In this document: one piece after another, positions 35,093-44,206 of the stretch
How positions within the stretch are numbered: position 1 is the first letter of the stretch
How the letters are laid out: the number at the start of each line of letters is the position of its first letter
IMG/VR virus record: IMGVR_UViG_3300010376_000017
Location: 1 to 44,206 of that record
DNA length: 44,206 nucleotides
Reading direction: 5' to 3' (one strand)
Source of the DNA: a virus
Lineage: Duplodnaviria; Caudoviricetes
The notes under the pieces: model-generated
What the model was told of the DNA's origin: nothing
Databases searched by the model: none
What the model saw: the letters and a program-made list of their open reading frames with translations, nothing else
Position numbers and translations under genes: made by a program

Positions 35093-35871
35093 GGCAGCCG
35101 GATCACCTGGCCCGGCTCGATCGCGATCGGGTCACGCAGTCCGTTCAGGGCCGCGATCTCGACCCAGCGGTCGGGATCCCCGAGTTCGCGCGCGGCGATC
35201 GCGGCCAGGCTCTCGCCCTGCCCGGCGTCGGTGCTCAGAGCCGGGTCGGCGGCCAGCGGCTGGATCGGGGTGGCGCCCTTCGACTTCGCGGCGGGCTTCT
35301 TCTTCGCGATCCGCGGCGACTTCTTCGCGGTCACCCGCTTCTGGGCGGCGCCCTGGCGCTTCTGGGCGGTCGCCTTCTTCTGGCGGCGCAGCGTCGCCGC
35401 GTACTTGGCGGCCAGGTAGACGTCCTCGACGAACTGGATCAGCGACAGGGTCAGCGCCTGGCGGGTGCGGTTCCCGGCCGAGTTCATAATCGCCTCGCCG
35501 TACTGCATGTCCTGGATCACCCACTTGAGCTGCTGGTAGGGGATCGCGGCGCCGGGCGCGAGGATCCTGACGACCGGCGGCTCCCCGGCGGAGGAGCTGA
35601 CCTGCGCGAGCTTCTCGACCAGCGCCACCTGCCGCTCGACCGACTGTTGCGGGTGGAGCGAGAAGCCTTCCAGCAGCAGCCCGAGCGTCAGGTGCAGGGG
35701 CGGCTTGCCCGCCCACCAGGTGACGGGGCGCTTGCGCGGCCGCGCCGTCTCCGTCCAGCCGCCGTAACCGGAGTCGACGACCGGCTGGACGTCGGAGAGG
35801 CGACAGACGACGGTGACCGGGGGGTCGGTAGAGCTGACCCTCACCCACCCGACCGACGGTGGCACCGGCAT
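35089..35871 (-). CDS. Tail-tube initiator/LysM-domain baseplate protein
   Basis: GESL..IAARELGD..RW..IA.LN.......I.PGQ.I.LP; position after tape measure. Confidence 0.8.
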   Translation of the reverse strand: MPVPPSVGWVRVSSTDPPVTVVCRLSDVQPVVDSGYGGWTETARPRKRPVTWWAGKPPLHLTLGLLLEGFSLHPQQSVERQVALVEKLAQVSSSAGEPPVVRILAPGAAIPYQQLKWVIQDMQYGEAIMNSAGNRTRQALTLSLIQFVEDVYLAAKYAATLRRQKKATAQKRQGAAQKRVTAKKSPRIAKKKPAAKSKGATPIQPLAADPALSTDAGQGESLAAIAARELGDPDRWVEIAALNGLRDPIAIEPGQVIRLP

Positions 35872-35872
35872 C

Positions 35873-37411
35873 TCAGCGCCTCGCGAGCTGGTCGGAGGTG
35901 AAGTCCGCGACGGCCTGCGCGATCACGCGGTTGTTCAGGTACAGCGGCACGGTCACCCGCAGGTCGCCGGGTCCGGCCGAGCCGACGCCGGACGGCCCCA
36001 GCGGCGTCACCTGGGCGCCCGCCGGGAGGGTCAGCGCCTCCGGCCCGGCCTCCCCGACGATCACGGTGCCGGGGCTGGTCAGCGTGCCGCCGTGCTGGAG
36101 TCCGATCGCCCGCTTGCCGAAGCCGAGCACGCTCGACGGGTGCTCCGCCAGGTGCAGCAGCCGGTTCCCGACCGAGCCGAGCAGCTTCGGCCCCATCCGG
36201 TGCATCCAGGAGACGAGCCGCTCGAACTGGCGGATCACGAAGGTCACCAGCGCTTTCGCCGCCTTCTTGATCAGCCCGAAGTGCTTGACCACCTCGACCG
36301 CGAACACCAGCCAGGGCGCGACCAGGATCCCGACCAGCAGCGGCCAGTTCTTCTTGATCCAGCCCCAGACGTCGCGCGAGACCTTCTTCACGGTGCCCCA
36401 GTGCTTGATCAGGATGATCGTGACCGCGATCAGGGCGATGATCGCGAGCACGATCCCGCCGGTGATGATCGCCGCCGTCGCGGCGGCCGCGGCACCGAAC
36501 AGCGTCTCCGCGACCGTGGCCGCGATCGTGGCGGCGGTGTAGGTGACGTAGGCGGTGGTCAGGACGCCGATCACCGTCCAGAGCAGCCAGGAGTTCTTGA
36601 CCACCGGCTGGATCGCCTGCATGACCAGGACGAGCGCGTGCGTGAACTGGAGCATCACCGGCAGCAGGGCGGTGCCCATCTGCACCTTCAAGCCGTCGGT
36701 CGCGATCGCCAGCTCCCGCTGGTGCTGGATCGCCTCCTGGATCCCCTTGACGGTCTTGCCGCCGATCGTGTCGCCGTACTTGTCCGCGATCCCGAGCTGC
36801 TCCCGGATCGCGTCCGACCCCTTGTAGAGCAGCGGCGCGAGCTGCTGCGCCTGGCGTCCGAGGAGCTGCTGGGCGAGCGTCGCCTTCGTCGCCGGGTTCT
36901 GCGTCTTCGCGAGCGCGTCCGAGACCTTCAACAGCACCTGCTCGACGTTGCCGGTGCGGATCGAGGTGTCGTAGCTGGTCAGCCCGAGCTGCTCCAGGGC
37001 CGAGTTGTGCTTCTTCGTCCCCAGCCGCGTCTTCTCGATCTGCTTCGAGAGCTGCACCAGCCCACGCTGAAACTGGGCGGTGTTCATCCCGCGCGACTTG
37101 AGCACCGACGCCCACTCGGAGGAGGTCTTGATATCCATCTGGGTCGTCCGGTGCAGAGCAAGCGTCTGGCGGCCGAGATCCTCGGTCGCGGCGCCCGCGC
37201 TCTTGAGGAAGCGGGCGGCGCCGTAGGCGGCGGTCGCGATCCCGCCCCACTTGGCGAGCGACTTCCAGGAGAACCCGGCCTTCTTGCCGGTCTGCTCCGC
37301 CTCGTCCCCGACGTCCTTGACGCCCTTGGCCGCCTTCTGGGTGTCGGCGTAGAACTTGGACAGGTTCTGGACGGCCAGCACCAGCGCCACCATCTCGTCG
37401 TGGCGGGCCAT
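35873..37411 (-). CDS. Tape measure protein
   Basis: Ala/Gly-rich helical, hydrophobic span, spaced Trp, VGEAGPE motif. Confidence 0.88.
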   Translation of the reverse strand: MARHDEMVALVLAVQNLSKFYADTQKAAKGVKDVGDEAEQTGKKAGFSWKSLAKWGGIATAAYGAARFLKSAGAATEDLGRQTLALHRTTQMDIKTSSEWASVLKSRGMNTAQFQRGLVQLSKQIEKTRLGTKKHNSALEQLGLTSYDTSIRTGNVEQVLLKVSDALAKTQNPATKATLAQQLLGRQAQQLAPLLYKGSDAIREQLGIADKYGDTIGGKTVKGIQEAIQHQRELAIATDGLKVQMGTALLPVMLQFTHALVLVMQAIQPVVKNSWLLWTVIGVLTTAYVTYTAATIAATVAETLFGAAAAATAAIITGGIVLAIIALIAVTIILIKHWGTVKKVSRDVWGWIKKNWPLLVGILVAPWLVFAVEVVKHFGLIKKAAKALVTFVIRQFERLVSWMHRMGPKLLGSVGNRLLHLAEHPSSVLGFGKRAIGLQHGGTLTSPGTVIVGEAGPEALTLPAGAQVTPLGPSGVGSAGPGDLRVTVPLYLNNRVIAQAVADFTSDQLARR

Positions 37412-37627
37412 CTACGGCCTCTGCGCCTTCGCGTACTCGTCCACGATCATCACGGCCTGGTTGCGCTGGAGGATCGCGACCGCTTTCAGCCCGGCGTCGA
37501 TCAGCGCCTCCAGCACGAACCGCTCGTCAGGGTCGGTCGTCTCCAGATAGCGCTGGGCCTGCGATCCGAGACCGAGCAACCCGAGCATCGCAGCGTTCCT
37601 TACTCCCGGGTCGCTGACGATTTTCCC
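37412..37627 (-). CDS. Tail assembly chaperone, -1 frameshift extension (gpT-like)
   Basis: Open -1 frame from slippery site to TAG abutting tape-measure ATG. Confidence 0.75.
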   Translation of the reverse strand, partial: GKIVSDPGVRNAAMLGLLGLGSQAQRYLETTDPDERFVLEALIDAGLKAVAILQRNQAVMIVDEYAKAQRP

Positions 37628-38169
37628 AGCACGTCGTCAGCAACGTCTGAGTTCGTCTGCCCGCACCACTCCGCGAACTCGTTGGCGGCGTTCGCGATCG
37701 CGATCGTCGGGTCGTTCGCGAACCCGAACAGCTCCAGCAGCAGCCCGCGAGCCGTGCCCGCCTGCAAGTGCAGCGTCTCGGCCAGCACGGCGTCGATCCT
37801 GAGCGTCTCGCCGGGCACGAGCGGCTCCGGCTCCGCGTCGACGGTGCGGCGTCCCATCACCTCCCTGGTCGCCTTGATGATCACGTCGCTGTTCGTGGAC
37901 AGCTTCTCGGCCGAGCCGTCCTTCGCGCGGGCGGCCCGGGCGCCGATCTGCGAGAGCACGCCGGGCGCCAGCGGCTGGAGCCGGATCAGCAGGTGGCCGC
38001 GGTAGCCGGGCACGTCGACGTCGAAGTGCTTGTCGGCCAGCTCCGCCTCGCGGTGCTCCAGCACGGTTTCCAGCAGCGAGCCGGGCGGAGGCGATCCAGG
38101 GAGAGTCTCCTCCGCCTCCGGCTCGTCGTCGAGCGGCGGCAGCTCGCGGAACGAGCGCGCCTCGCTCAC
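37600..38169 (-). CDS. Tail assembly chaperone (gpG-like)
   Basis: Between tube and tape measure; carries slippery site. Confidence 0.8.
   Translation of the reverse strand: MSEARSFRELPPLDDEPEAEETLPGSPPPGSLLETVLEHREAELADKHFDVDVPGYRGHLLIRLQPLAPGVLSQIGARAARAKDGSAEKLSTNSDVIIKATREVMGRRTVDAEPEPLVPGETLRIDAVLAETLHLQAGTARGLLLELFGFANDPTIAIANAANEFAEWCGQTNSDVADDVLGKSSATRE
37621..37627 (-). other. Programmed -1 frameshift slippery site G GGA AAA
   Basis: X XXY YYZ heptamer in frame near end of chaperone ORF. Confidence 0.8.
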
Positions 38170-38573
38170 GTCACGGACCCTGTCGGGGTGATCTCGATCT
38201 CGATCAGGGCGACGTCGGCGGTGTTCGAGTCGACCTCCGGCGGCGTCACCCGCTTGAGGATCCCGTTGTAGGTCAACGGGCGCCCGAAGGCGTTGCCGTC
38301 GATGTCGAGCGGCTGCTTCTTGACGACCACCTGGCCGCGCCCGACCCGGCCGAGCAGGTCGTGCACGTTGACGTGGTCACGTTCGAGCACGTACAGCCGT
38401 CCGACGGTCAGGGCGTTGACGGTCACGACCCCGCCGAGGCTGATCTGGGCGCCCATCCCGCCCGGCCGGTACTGCAACTCCGTCGTGTCGACGTCGCCGC
38501 CGGTGGAGACGTCCCAGGTGCCGTACTGGGTGCCGTCGATCGTGACGGTCGTGTCCCACTGGTCTTTCCGCAT
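38166..38573 (-). CDS. Tail tube protein
   Basis: 135 aa beta-rich protein after sheath; GGAGG RBS. Confidence 0.75.
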   Translation of the reverse strand: MRKDQWDTTVTIDGTQYGTWDVSTGGDVDTTELQYRPGGMGAQISLGGVVTVNALTVGRLYVLERDHVNVHDLLGRVGRGQVVVKKQPLDIDGNAFGRPLTYNGILKRVTPPEVDSNTADVALIEIEITPTGSVT

Positions 38574-38588
38574 CGTTCACCTCCTCCT

Positions 38589-39875
38589 CTAGGCCGCGAG
38601 AGCCTGCGTTGTCGCCACCTTGACGATCTCGATCTCGACCCACTCCGCGAACGGCGACATCTTCACCATCAGGATCGCGTGCAGCTCGCCGTTCGCGATC
38701 GTCGCGGGCGTGTTCACCTGCGCGCCGACGTTGACCTGGAAGGCGTCCTCGGCGGTGGCGCCGTAGAGCGCGCCCTGGTCCCAGAGCGGCGCCAGCATCG
38801 CGCGCAGATCGCCGCCGAAGGCCGCGATCGTGCGCCCACGGCCGTCGATCACCGAGAACACGTACTGCTCCCCGATCACGTCGGCCTGCGCGGCGATCGC
38901 CATGTTCAGCCGCGCCCAGCCGAGCGACAGCCAGGAGGCGGCCGCCGAGCCGTCGATGACCAGGGTGCGGTAGCCGTACGTCTCGACGCCGCCCCAGAGC
39001 AGCCTGGCGCAGTTGACGCCGCCCTGGTTGAGCGTCACCCGGTCGGCGTCGACGAAGTGCTGCGCGACGTCGGTCGCGAACACGGCGGCCCCGTTCGGCC
39101 CGGCGGCGGGCACGTTCGGGTTGTTCGTGATGTCGGAGCGGGCGATGATCCCCGCCTGCACGACCGAGTAGGGCACCGTGCGCGAGGTTCCCCCGGAGAC
39201 GCCGGGGATGATCGCGTAGGGCGCGAACATGGCGCCGTAGCGCGCGTTCGTGTCCGACTGGAGCGGTGCGGCCGCGGCGACCAGTGCGGCGGCGGTGGTC
39301 GCGGTCGCGGGCGGGTCGAGCAGCGCGATCCGGTTGTGGTCGGCGCAGTGCTGCAAGACGGTCGACTGGTCGGCCGCGGTGGTCAGGCCGGGGATCGCGA
39401 CCTGCCCGGGGCCGTAGCTCTTGTCGAACAGGGCGAGCGCGGCCAGGAGCTGGGCGGGGGTCGCGGCGGTGAGCTGCGTCGCCTGCTCGTTCTGGATCGC
39501 GGCGATCACCTCGTCCTTGTTCGCCATCGCCTGCGGATCGACGACGCCGAGTGACTCCGCCAGCGTGTCCAGGTCGGCCCGGGTCATCGCCGTCAGCTCG
39601 TCCGTCGACTGGACGAGCGCGGTCGCGCCGATCACGGCGCTGACCCAGAGCACCGAGCCGCCCTCGCGGAAGTAGGTCTCGACGCTGTCGTAGAGGAGCT
39701 GGCCGTTCGTGCGCGGCCCGTACTGGTTCACGTAGTCGGTGATCGAGCGAATCTGGGTCGGGACGGCCGGGCCGGTCGTGGTGCCTCCGACCAGGAACAG
39801 CGGCCCGGTGTCGGTCGGCGCGGACCGCGGCAGCGGCTCCGCGCGCGAGACGATGTCAACGCCTGGACGGGGCAT
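38589..39875 (-). CDS. Tail sheath protein
   Basis: RPGV, YFREGG..LWV, NRIALLD, PAAG.NG, LNQGGVN, YG.RTL, SPFAEWV; start trimmed to ATG 39875. Confidence 0.9.
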   Translation of the reverse strand: MPRPGVDIVSRAEPLPRSAPTDTGPLFLVGGTTTGPAVPTQIRSITDYVNQYGPRTNGQLLYDSVETYFREGGSVLWVSAVIGATALVQSTDELTAMTRADLDTLAESLGVVDPQAMANKDEVIAAIQNEQATQLTAATPAQLLAALALFDKSYGPGQVAIPGLTTAADQSTVLQHCADHNRIALLDPPATATTAAALVAAAAPLQSDTNARYGAMFAPYAIIPGVSGGTSRTVPYSVVQAGIIARSDITNNPNVPAAGPNGAAVFATDVAQHFVDADRVTLNQGGVNCARLLWGGVETYGYRTLVIDGSAAASWLSLGWARLNMAIAAQADVIGEQYVFSVIDGRGRTIAAFGGDLRAMLAPLWDQGALYGATAEDAFQVNVGAQVNTPATIANGELHAILMVKMSPFAEWVEIEIVKVATTQALAA

Positions 39876-40522
39876 CAGCTTCCTCCTCCTATCGGTTGAT
39901 TCTGGATCTGCTCGTCGTGAGTCTGAACGGTCGGCCAGTCGGCCCACGGGTCGGTCTCGACTGCCAGCGGGTCGTTCGGGGTCGTCGGGCCGCTGCGCGA
40001 GTTGACGACGTTCTCGACCTTCACCTGGATCACGGTGGTCGCGCAGGCGAGCGTCCGCCGCGACTCGAACGCCTGCTGGGTGTAGTCGTCCGCCAGCCAG
40101 CGGACACCGTCCGCCTGGCCGTCGAGCGAGGGGCGCTGGAGCACGAGCGCCCCGTGCGCGGCCGCGTACAGCATCGCCAGCTTGTGCGACTGCTCCTCGG
40201 TGCGGGCGCTGACGACGTTGTCGAGCTGCATCACGTACTCGGCGCTGTGCCACCCGGCGCCGTCCGTCGACGGCACCGTGCCGATCCCGACCGAGCGCAC
40301 GATCACGCAGGGGAGCTGGTCTTCCGGCCACTTGTCGTAGCTCTGGCTGGTGCGCCAGGCGCGGACGCGGGCCAGCTCCCCGGCGGTCAGGCCGTGCTGG
40401 CGCTCCAGCTCCGCGATGTAGGTGCCCGACCACTTCTTGAGGCAGGCGAGCAGCCAGCCCTCGACGTCGTTGCCGGTGACGATCCGGCCGAAGATCGAGG
40501 GTTCGGTGACAATCGTGCTCAC
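39875..40522 (-). CDS. Tail terminator/neck protein (putative)
   Basis: Position before sheath; P.DQLP.VIV motif. Confidence 0.6.
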   Translation of the reverse strand: MSTIVTEPSIFGRIVTGNDVEGWLLACLKKWSGTYIAELERQHGLTAGELARVRAWRTSQSYDKWPEDQLPCVIVRSVGIGTVPSTDGAGWHSAEYVMQLDNVVSARTEEQSHKLAMLYAAAHGALVLQRPSLDGQADGVRWLADDYTQQAFESRRTLACATTVIQVKVENVVNSRSGPTTPNDPLAVETDPWADWPTVQTHDEQIQNQPIGGGS

Positions 40523-40971
40523 GTGGTTCTGCCTCCGCCGACGTACTCACCGAAGATCCTGGTGATCTGCTGCTCGTCCTGCGGCCGCAGCTTGATCGGC
40601 GGCCGCGCGGGCTGGCGACGGGTGCCGAGCGCGTACTTCGCGTACGGGACCGCGGCGCCGAAGGTCAGCTCCGACCGCTCCAGCTCGCGCACGGCGTCGC
40701 CGCCGCTGGTGATCAACGCCCGGCGCAGGGCGCCGGTGCGGACGAGGATCTGGGCCGGGTAGCCGTCGCGGGCCTTGTTCTCCAGGGTGGCTTCCGCCAG
40801 CCGCGGCCAGCCGCTGCCGGAGGCGAACTGGGCCTGCTCCGCCTGCTCCAGGACTCGGAACAGCTCCCGGCTGACCGGACGCATGTCGGACGCCCGGACG
40901 CCGATCTCGTGCAGGTCGAGCGCGGCCTTGCGGTCGCCGTGGATCTCCGCCTTGACGCCCGGGGCGCTCAC
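40519..40971 (-). CDS. Virion morphogenesis/neck protein (Mu gpG-like)
   Basis: W..LA..T...K, IL.RTG.LR, PYA.Y..GT...PARP. Confidence 0.75.
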   Translation of the reverse strand: MSAPGVKAEIHGDRKAALDLHEIGVRASDMRPVSRELFRVLEQAEQAQFASGSGWPRLAEATLENKARDGYPAQILVRTGALRRALITSGGDAVRELERSELTFGAAVPYAKYALGTRRQPARPPIKLRPQDEQQITRIFGEYVGGGRTT

Positions 40972-41435
40972 GGGATCGGCGCCCAGCCGTCACGGGGCGC
41001 GATCGACGTCCACGACCCGACCGGGATCATCGTGATCCCCGGCATCTCGTACTCGCTGCCGCCGACGGCGGCGCTGGCGGCCGCCACCAGCGCGGCCAGC
41101 GCCTCCTCGCGCTGCGTCCAGAGCACCGAGTAGTTGGAGCGGTCGGTGCTGATCTGCTCCGGCCAGTAGGCCTTCTCGATCGAGCAGGCCGCGTCGAGCG
41201 AGACGACGGCGGCCACCGAGGGGAGCAGGTCGGCGGGCAGCTTGTCCAGCGAGGGCAGGCTCGGCTGGATGATCGCCATCGAGACGGTGATCTGCTCGTC
41301 GACCTGGGTGTCGGTCGGCCGGGTGGCGGAGTCGAAGGTGCCGACCTCGTTCATCTGGTCGTCCTTCGTCCGCGCCCGGATCCAGCGGGCGACGTCCTCG
41401 ACGCTGGGGCGTCCGGCGGGCGGCGGCGTGGTCAC
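40968..41435 (-). CDS. Head-tail adaptor (putative)
   Basis: P.VEDVA...RART.D....GTF...TRPT..QV; position. Confidence 0.65.
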   Translation of the reverse strand: MTTPPPAGRPSVEDVARWIRARTKDDQMNEVGTFDSATRPTDTQVDEQITVSMAIIQPSLPSLDKLPADLLPSVAAVVSLDAACSIEKAYWPEQISTDRSNYSVLWTQREEALAALVAAASAAVGGSEYEMPGITMIPVGSWTSIAPRDGWAPIP

Positions 41436-41647
41436 GGCGGCGGCGGCGGGATCGTCAGGGCACGCTGGCGAAACTGCTCCGGCGGCGTGTTCGGCTCCAG
41501 CAGCAGGTCGTAGTTGCGCTGCCACCAGTCCTGCGGCCAGGAGGGCGGCGGCCGGTCTTCGCGCTCCTGCTGGAAGAGGGCACGCAGCCCGACCCCGACC
41601 TGACGCGAGGCTTGCACCTGGGTCGAGCGGGGGTCGGGCAGCGGCAT
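41432..41647 (-). CDS. Small Pro-rich hypothetical protein
   Basis: TAATG coupling, AAGGAG RBS. Confidence 0.5.
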   Translation of the reverse strand: MPLPDPRSTQVQASRQVGVGLRALFQQEREDRPPPSWPQDWWQRNYDLLLEPNTPPEQFRQRALTIPPPPP

Positions 41648-41850
41648 TACTCCTTCTTCCCCGACGAGCGGGTCGGCTTCTCGGCCGCTGCGCTGCTGCC
41701 GCCGCCGCTGCCGAGTGTCTGGACGGATCCGACTCCGTCCTCGGACGGCTCGTAGCTGGAGTCGTTCGCGTCCGAGGACGCCTTCGGGTCCGGCTCCGCC
41801 GACTCCGCCGTCGGCCATTGCGCCTCGAACGGTCCGTGCTCGTCTGCCAT
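41647..41850 (-). CDS. Small acidic low-complexity protein after capsid
   Basis: AAGGAGG RBS. Confidence 0.6.
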   Translation of the reverse strand: MADEHGPFEAQWPTAESAEPDPKASSDANDSSYEPSEDGVGSVQTLGSGGGSSAAAEKPTRSSGKKE

Positions 41851-41860
41851 CTCGTCCTCC

Positions 41861-42799
41861 TTACGCCGCGTTGATGATCTTCACGCACGACCGGTTGAGG
41901 TCGTGGACCATGAAGCCGAGCCGCGTCTCGTAGCGAACCGCGGTCAGGTCTTCCTGGAACAGCTTGCGGTCGGTCGTGCCGTCGTTGACCGTCGCCTCCG
42001 AGCTGGTGGCGACCGTGACGTCCTTGCGGACGCGCACGTGCAGGTTCGGCCGGTGGACGACGAAGCCGAGCACGTCACCGGCGGCCGGGGCCGCCCCGGC
42101 CAGGGTCAGGTTCGTGGAGACGAAGCTGGTGATCCCGTAGGTCGGGTCGAGTCCGAGGCCGCCGGGGCCGTAGACCGGCCGGGCGGCGTCTAGCGTCGAG
42201 CGCGCGTCGCGCAGGATCTGGTTGAAGCCGAAGCCGAGGATCACGCCCATCTGGGCGCTGTCCCCGTAGCCGTTGCCCTCCAGGACGCCCATCGCGGCCG
42301 AGATCGCGACCGCGAGCGCGTCCGGCTTCGCCTGGAGGTACTCGACCGTGGTCGTGCAGGCGGCCAGGTTCGAGTCGAAGACGCTGGTGATCGGGGTGCC
42401 CTTCGAGAGTCCGATCGCGTGCGCGTCGCAGACGTCGTTGATCGCCCGGCGGACGCCGGAGTCGACCAGCACGTTCAGGTCGCCGCCCTGGACGTCCTCG
42501 ATCATCTCGTCCGTGAACAGCACGATCGAGGCGAACTTCTTGATGTTCAGCGGCGCCTGGCCGAACTCGGCGCCTGTTGCGGGCTTTGCCACTCCCTCTC
42601 CGACGGGGGCTGCCGTCGGCTGCCCCAGCCAGATCGGGAAGACCATCTTGACCGCGCTGGAGGCGCGGGAGTCTCCGGCGAGCGCGATCGCGCCGGATTC
42701 GAGCAGGATCCCCTGGGTGAGCAGGTCGGCCTGCTCGGTCGGGATGAGATACCCACCAGCGTTGAGTGGGCTTTCCCGAAGCGGAATCTGATTCGCCAT
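41861..42799 (-). CDS. Major capsid protein (HK97 fold)
   Basis: GGYLIP, VGEG..KP, KK.A.IV.FT.E, LFQED..A.R.E.R.GF. Confidence 0.92.
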   Translation of the reverse strand: MANQIPLRESPLNAGGYLIPTEQADLLTQGILLESGAIALAGDSRASSAVKMVFPIWLGQPTAAPVGEGVAKPATGAEFGQAPLNIKKFASIVLFTDEMIEDVQGGDLNVLVDSGVRRAINDVCDAHAIGLSKGTPITSVFDSNLAACTTTVEYLQAKPDALAVAISAAMGVLEGNGYGDSAQMGVILGFGFNQILRDARSTLDAARPVYGPGGLGLDPTYGITSFVSTNLTLAGAAPAAGDVLGFVVHRPNLHVRVRKDVTVATSSEATVNDGTTDRKLFQEDLTAVRYETRLGFMVHDLNRSCVKIINAA

Positions 42800-42833
42800 C
42801 GTCCCTCCTTCGAGGGTTCAGTGAGCCGTCAGG

Positions 42834-43385
42834 TCACGTCGGCTGGCGACCGAACGCGCGGAGCAGGAAGTCGTTGTGCTCCTCCTCCGGCGATTTCCTC
42901 TGCTCGGCCGTCTTCCGCGCGCCACCGTCAAAACCGGCGGTGGTCGGCTTCGGCTTCTCGCCCAGCAGCTTCGTCAGCTCCTCCGCGCGCAACTCGATCT
43001 CCTCGCGCGTCGAGCCGTGCAGGAACTGGAGCGTGTCCAGGCCGAGTCCGTGGCTGGCCGCGACCTCGATTCTCAGGTCGAGCATCTGCCTCCGCTCCAC
43101 CTCGCCCTTGAGCCGGTCGCGCTCCGCGACCGTCCGCTCCAGCTCGCTCTTGTCCGCGTCCTCCCGCTCCTGGAGCTTCTCTTTCAGCTCCTCGTTCTCG
43201 TTGCGGTGCTTCGCGTTCTCGTTGCGTAGCTGCTTGACGTAGGCCTCGGAGTACGTGCGGCCCTGCGGCTCCTCCGCGACTGGCTGCTCTCCCCCGTCGG
43301 GGTTCTGCCCCTCACCGGCGTCGGGCTTCTGGCCCGGCTGCTCGCCGGTTGCGGTCGGCGTCTCGGTCTCGGCGGCGTCAGCCAC
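42834..43385 (-). CDS. Capsid scaffolding protein
   Basis: YVKQLR.E.AK.R, KSELE, L.G...EEI...A; between portal and capsid. Confidence 0.85.
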   Translation of the reverse strand: MADAAETETPTATGEQPGQKPDAGEGQNPDGGEQPVAEEPQGRTYSEAYVKQLRNENAKHRNENEELKEKLQEREDADKSELERTVAERDRLKGEVERRQMLDLRIEVAASHGLGLDTLQFLHGSTREEIELRAEELTKLLGEKPKPTTAGFDGGARKTAEQRKSPEEEHNDFLLRAFGRQPT

Positions 43386-44206
43386 CTGCGCCTCCCTTCG
43401 CTGGCGGTCCCGCCTGCCCGGGGTTCGGCCCCTGCGACGGCGGCTGTGCTTGTCCTGGTGCTGGCGATGCTACTGCCTGTCCTCCCGGCGTGGCCTGGAT
43501 CGTCGCCCTGACCTGCGCCTCCTGCAAGAGCAGCGCCTGCTGGAGCTTCGCCTCGGTGGCCGCCTCGGCCTCCTTGACCATCTCCTTGATCTGGTCGGGC
43601 GTGTAGCCCAGCTCCAGCCAGATCTGCTCGATCGGCACGTCGAGCGTCTTCTTCTTCATCTCGGCGTCGACGAGCTGCGAGGGCGAGAGCCGCTCCGGGT
43701 TCGCCCAGATCGCCTCCGTCTCGGCGGCTTCCGTGGCGGTGCCCGCCGCGGTCATCGCGAGCGCGATCGCCTCCTCCCAGGGGTCGGAGTAGAAGAGGAT
43801 CTTCTGCTGGCACTTCGAGACCAGCCCGGCCTCCGCGACCAGCAGCGCGTCGCCGCTCGCGTTGACCATCTTCGCGAGCAGGTAGTGCGGCGGCGTCCGC
43901 GTCTGCGCGGCCAGGTGCTGGATCAACATCTCGATCGAGACGACGAAGTTGTTCATATCGGTCGAGGGCAGCGAGCCGACGGTCACGTTCTGCTTGTCGA
44001 ACGTCCACAGCCGCGACATGGCGGCTTTCAGCTCGACGGCGGCGATCGGCTGCTGCGTCTCCGGGTCCTTGGGCACGTCGACACCGGTCACGAACCGCTG
44101 CTGGAACGCCCCGTACTCGCTGCTGACGATCATGTCGGTCACGATCTTGTTGACGGCGTTCTGCAAGGGGATCGCCGGTTCCAGGTCGGAGTGCGGCGTG
44201 CCGAGC
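43378..44206 (-). CDS. Portal protein, C-terminal part (continuation of 1..797)
   Basis: TRTPPHYL, NASGDAL, W..P; in frame across the join. Confidence 0.9.
   Translation of the reverse strand, partial: LGTPHSDLEPAIPLQNAVNKIVTDMIVSSEYGAFQQRFVTGVDVPKDPETQQPIAAVELKAAMSRLWTFDKQNVTVGSLPSTDMNNFVVSIEMLIQHLAAQTRTPPHYLLAKMVNASGDALLVAEAGLVSKCQQKILFYSDPWEEAIALAMTAAGTATEAAETEAIWANPERLSPSQLVDAEMKKKTLDVPIEQIWLELGYTPDQIKEMVKEAEAATEAKLQQALLLQEAQVRATIQATPGGQAVASPAPGQAQPPSQGPNPGQAGPPAKGGAGG
44084..44206. repeat. 123-bp direct terminal repeat, right copy
   Basis: Identical to 1-123. Confidence 0.95.

Larger units (their letters stand above)
1..44206. mobile_element. Complete circularised tailed bacteriophage genome (contractile-tail, myovirus-type), probable actinobacterial host
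   Basis: Full set of packaging, head, sheath/tube/baseplate, lysis and replication genes; ends overlap by 123 bp and rejoin the portal ORF in frame; no host genes. Confidence 0.95.

Noticed and set aside
44084-44206. Terminal repeat as a biological DTR or att site
   Set aside because: It falls mid-portal and restores the reading frame exactly when collapsed, as expected for an assembler overlap

Overview
The window is an apparently complete, circularly closed genome (44,083 bp unique; bases 1-123 recur at 44084-44206, and the break falls inside the portal gene) of a high-GC tailed phage with a contractile tail. The host is probably an actinobacterium (inference from GC content, an Rpf-like gene, leaderless starts and actinophage-type proteins). 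One long minus-strand late unit runs HNH, terS, terL, portal, scaffold, capsid, neck, sheath, tube, frameshifted chaperone, tape measure, baseplate, fibres, endolysin, holin-like genes and an IbrA-like gene. A ~19.5 kb early/accessory region (3.9-23.3 kb) holds many small ORFs and a primase-helicase/SSB/annealing-protein replication module. No integrase, DNA polymerase, reverse transcriptase or CRISPR array was recognised. Main observations: (1) a ~680-nt, apparently non-coding, multi-domain structured RNA candidate (16596-17276) with its own phage-type promoter and a T-loop cloverleaf; (2) a repeated two-part promoter/operator motif; (3) a stand-alone exported Rpf-like muralytic enzyme among the replication genes; (4) a scattered putative DNA-modification set (IbrA/IbrB split ~19.5 kb apart, second ParB-N, 2OG-Fe(II)-like oxygenase, glycosyltransferase); (5) a 108-bp palindromic origin candidate; (6) a small helical domain inserted in the tail sheath. 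All calls come from motif recognition and hand pairing; no database search or folding program was run.
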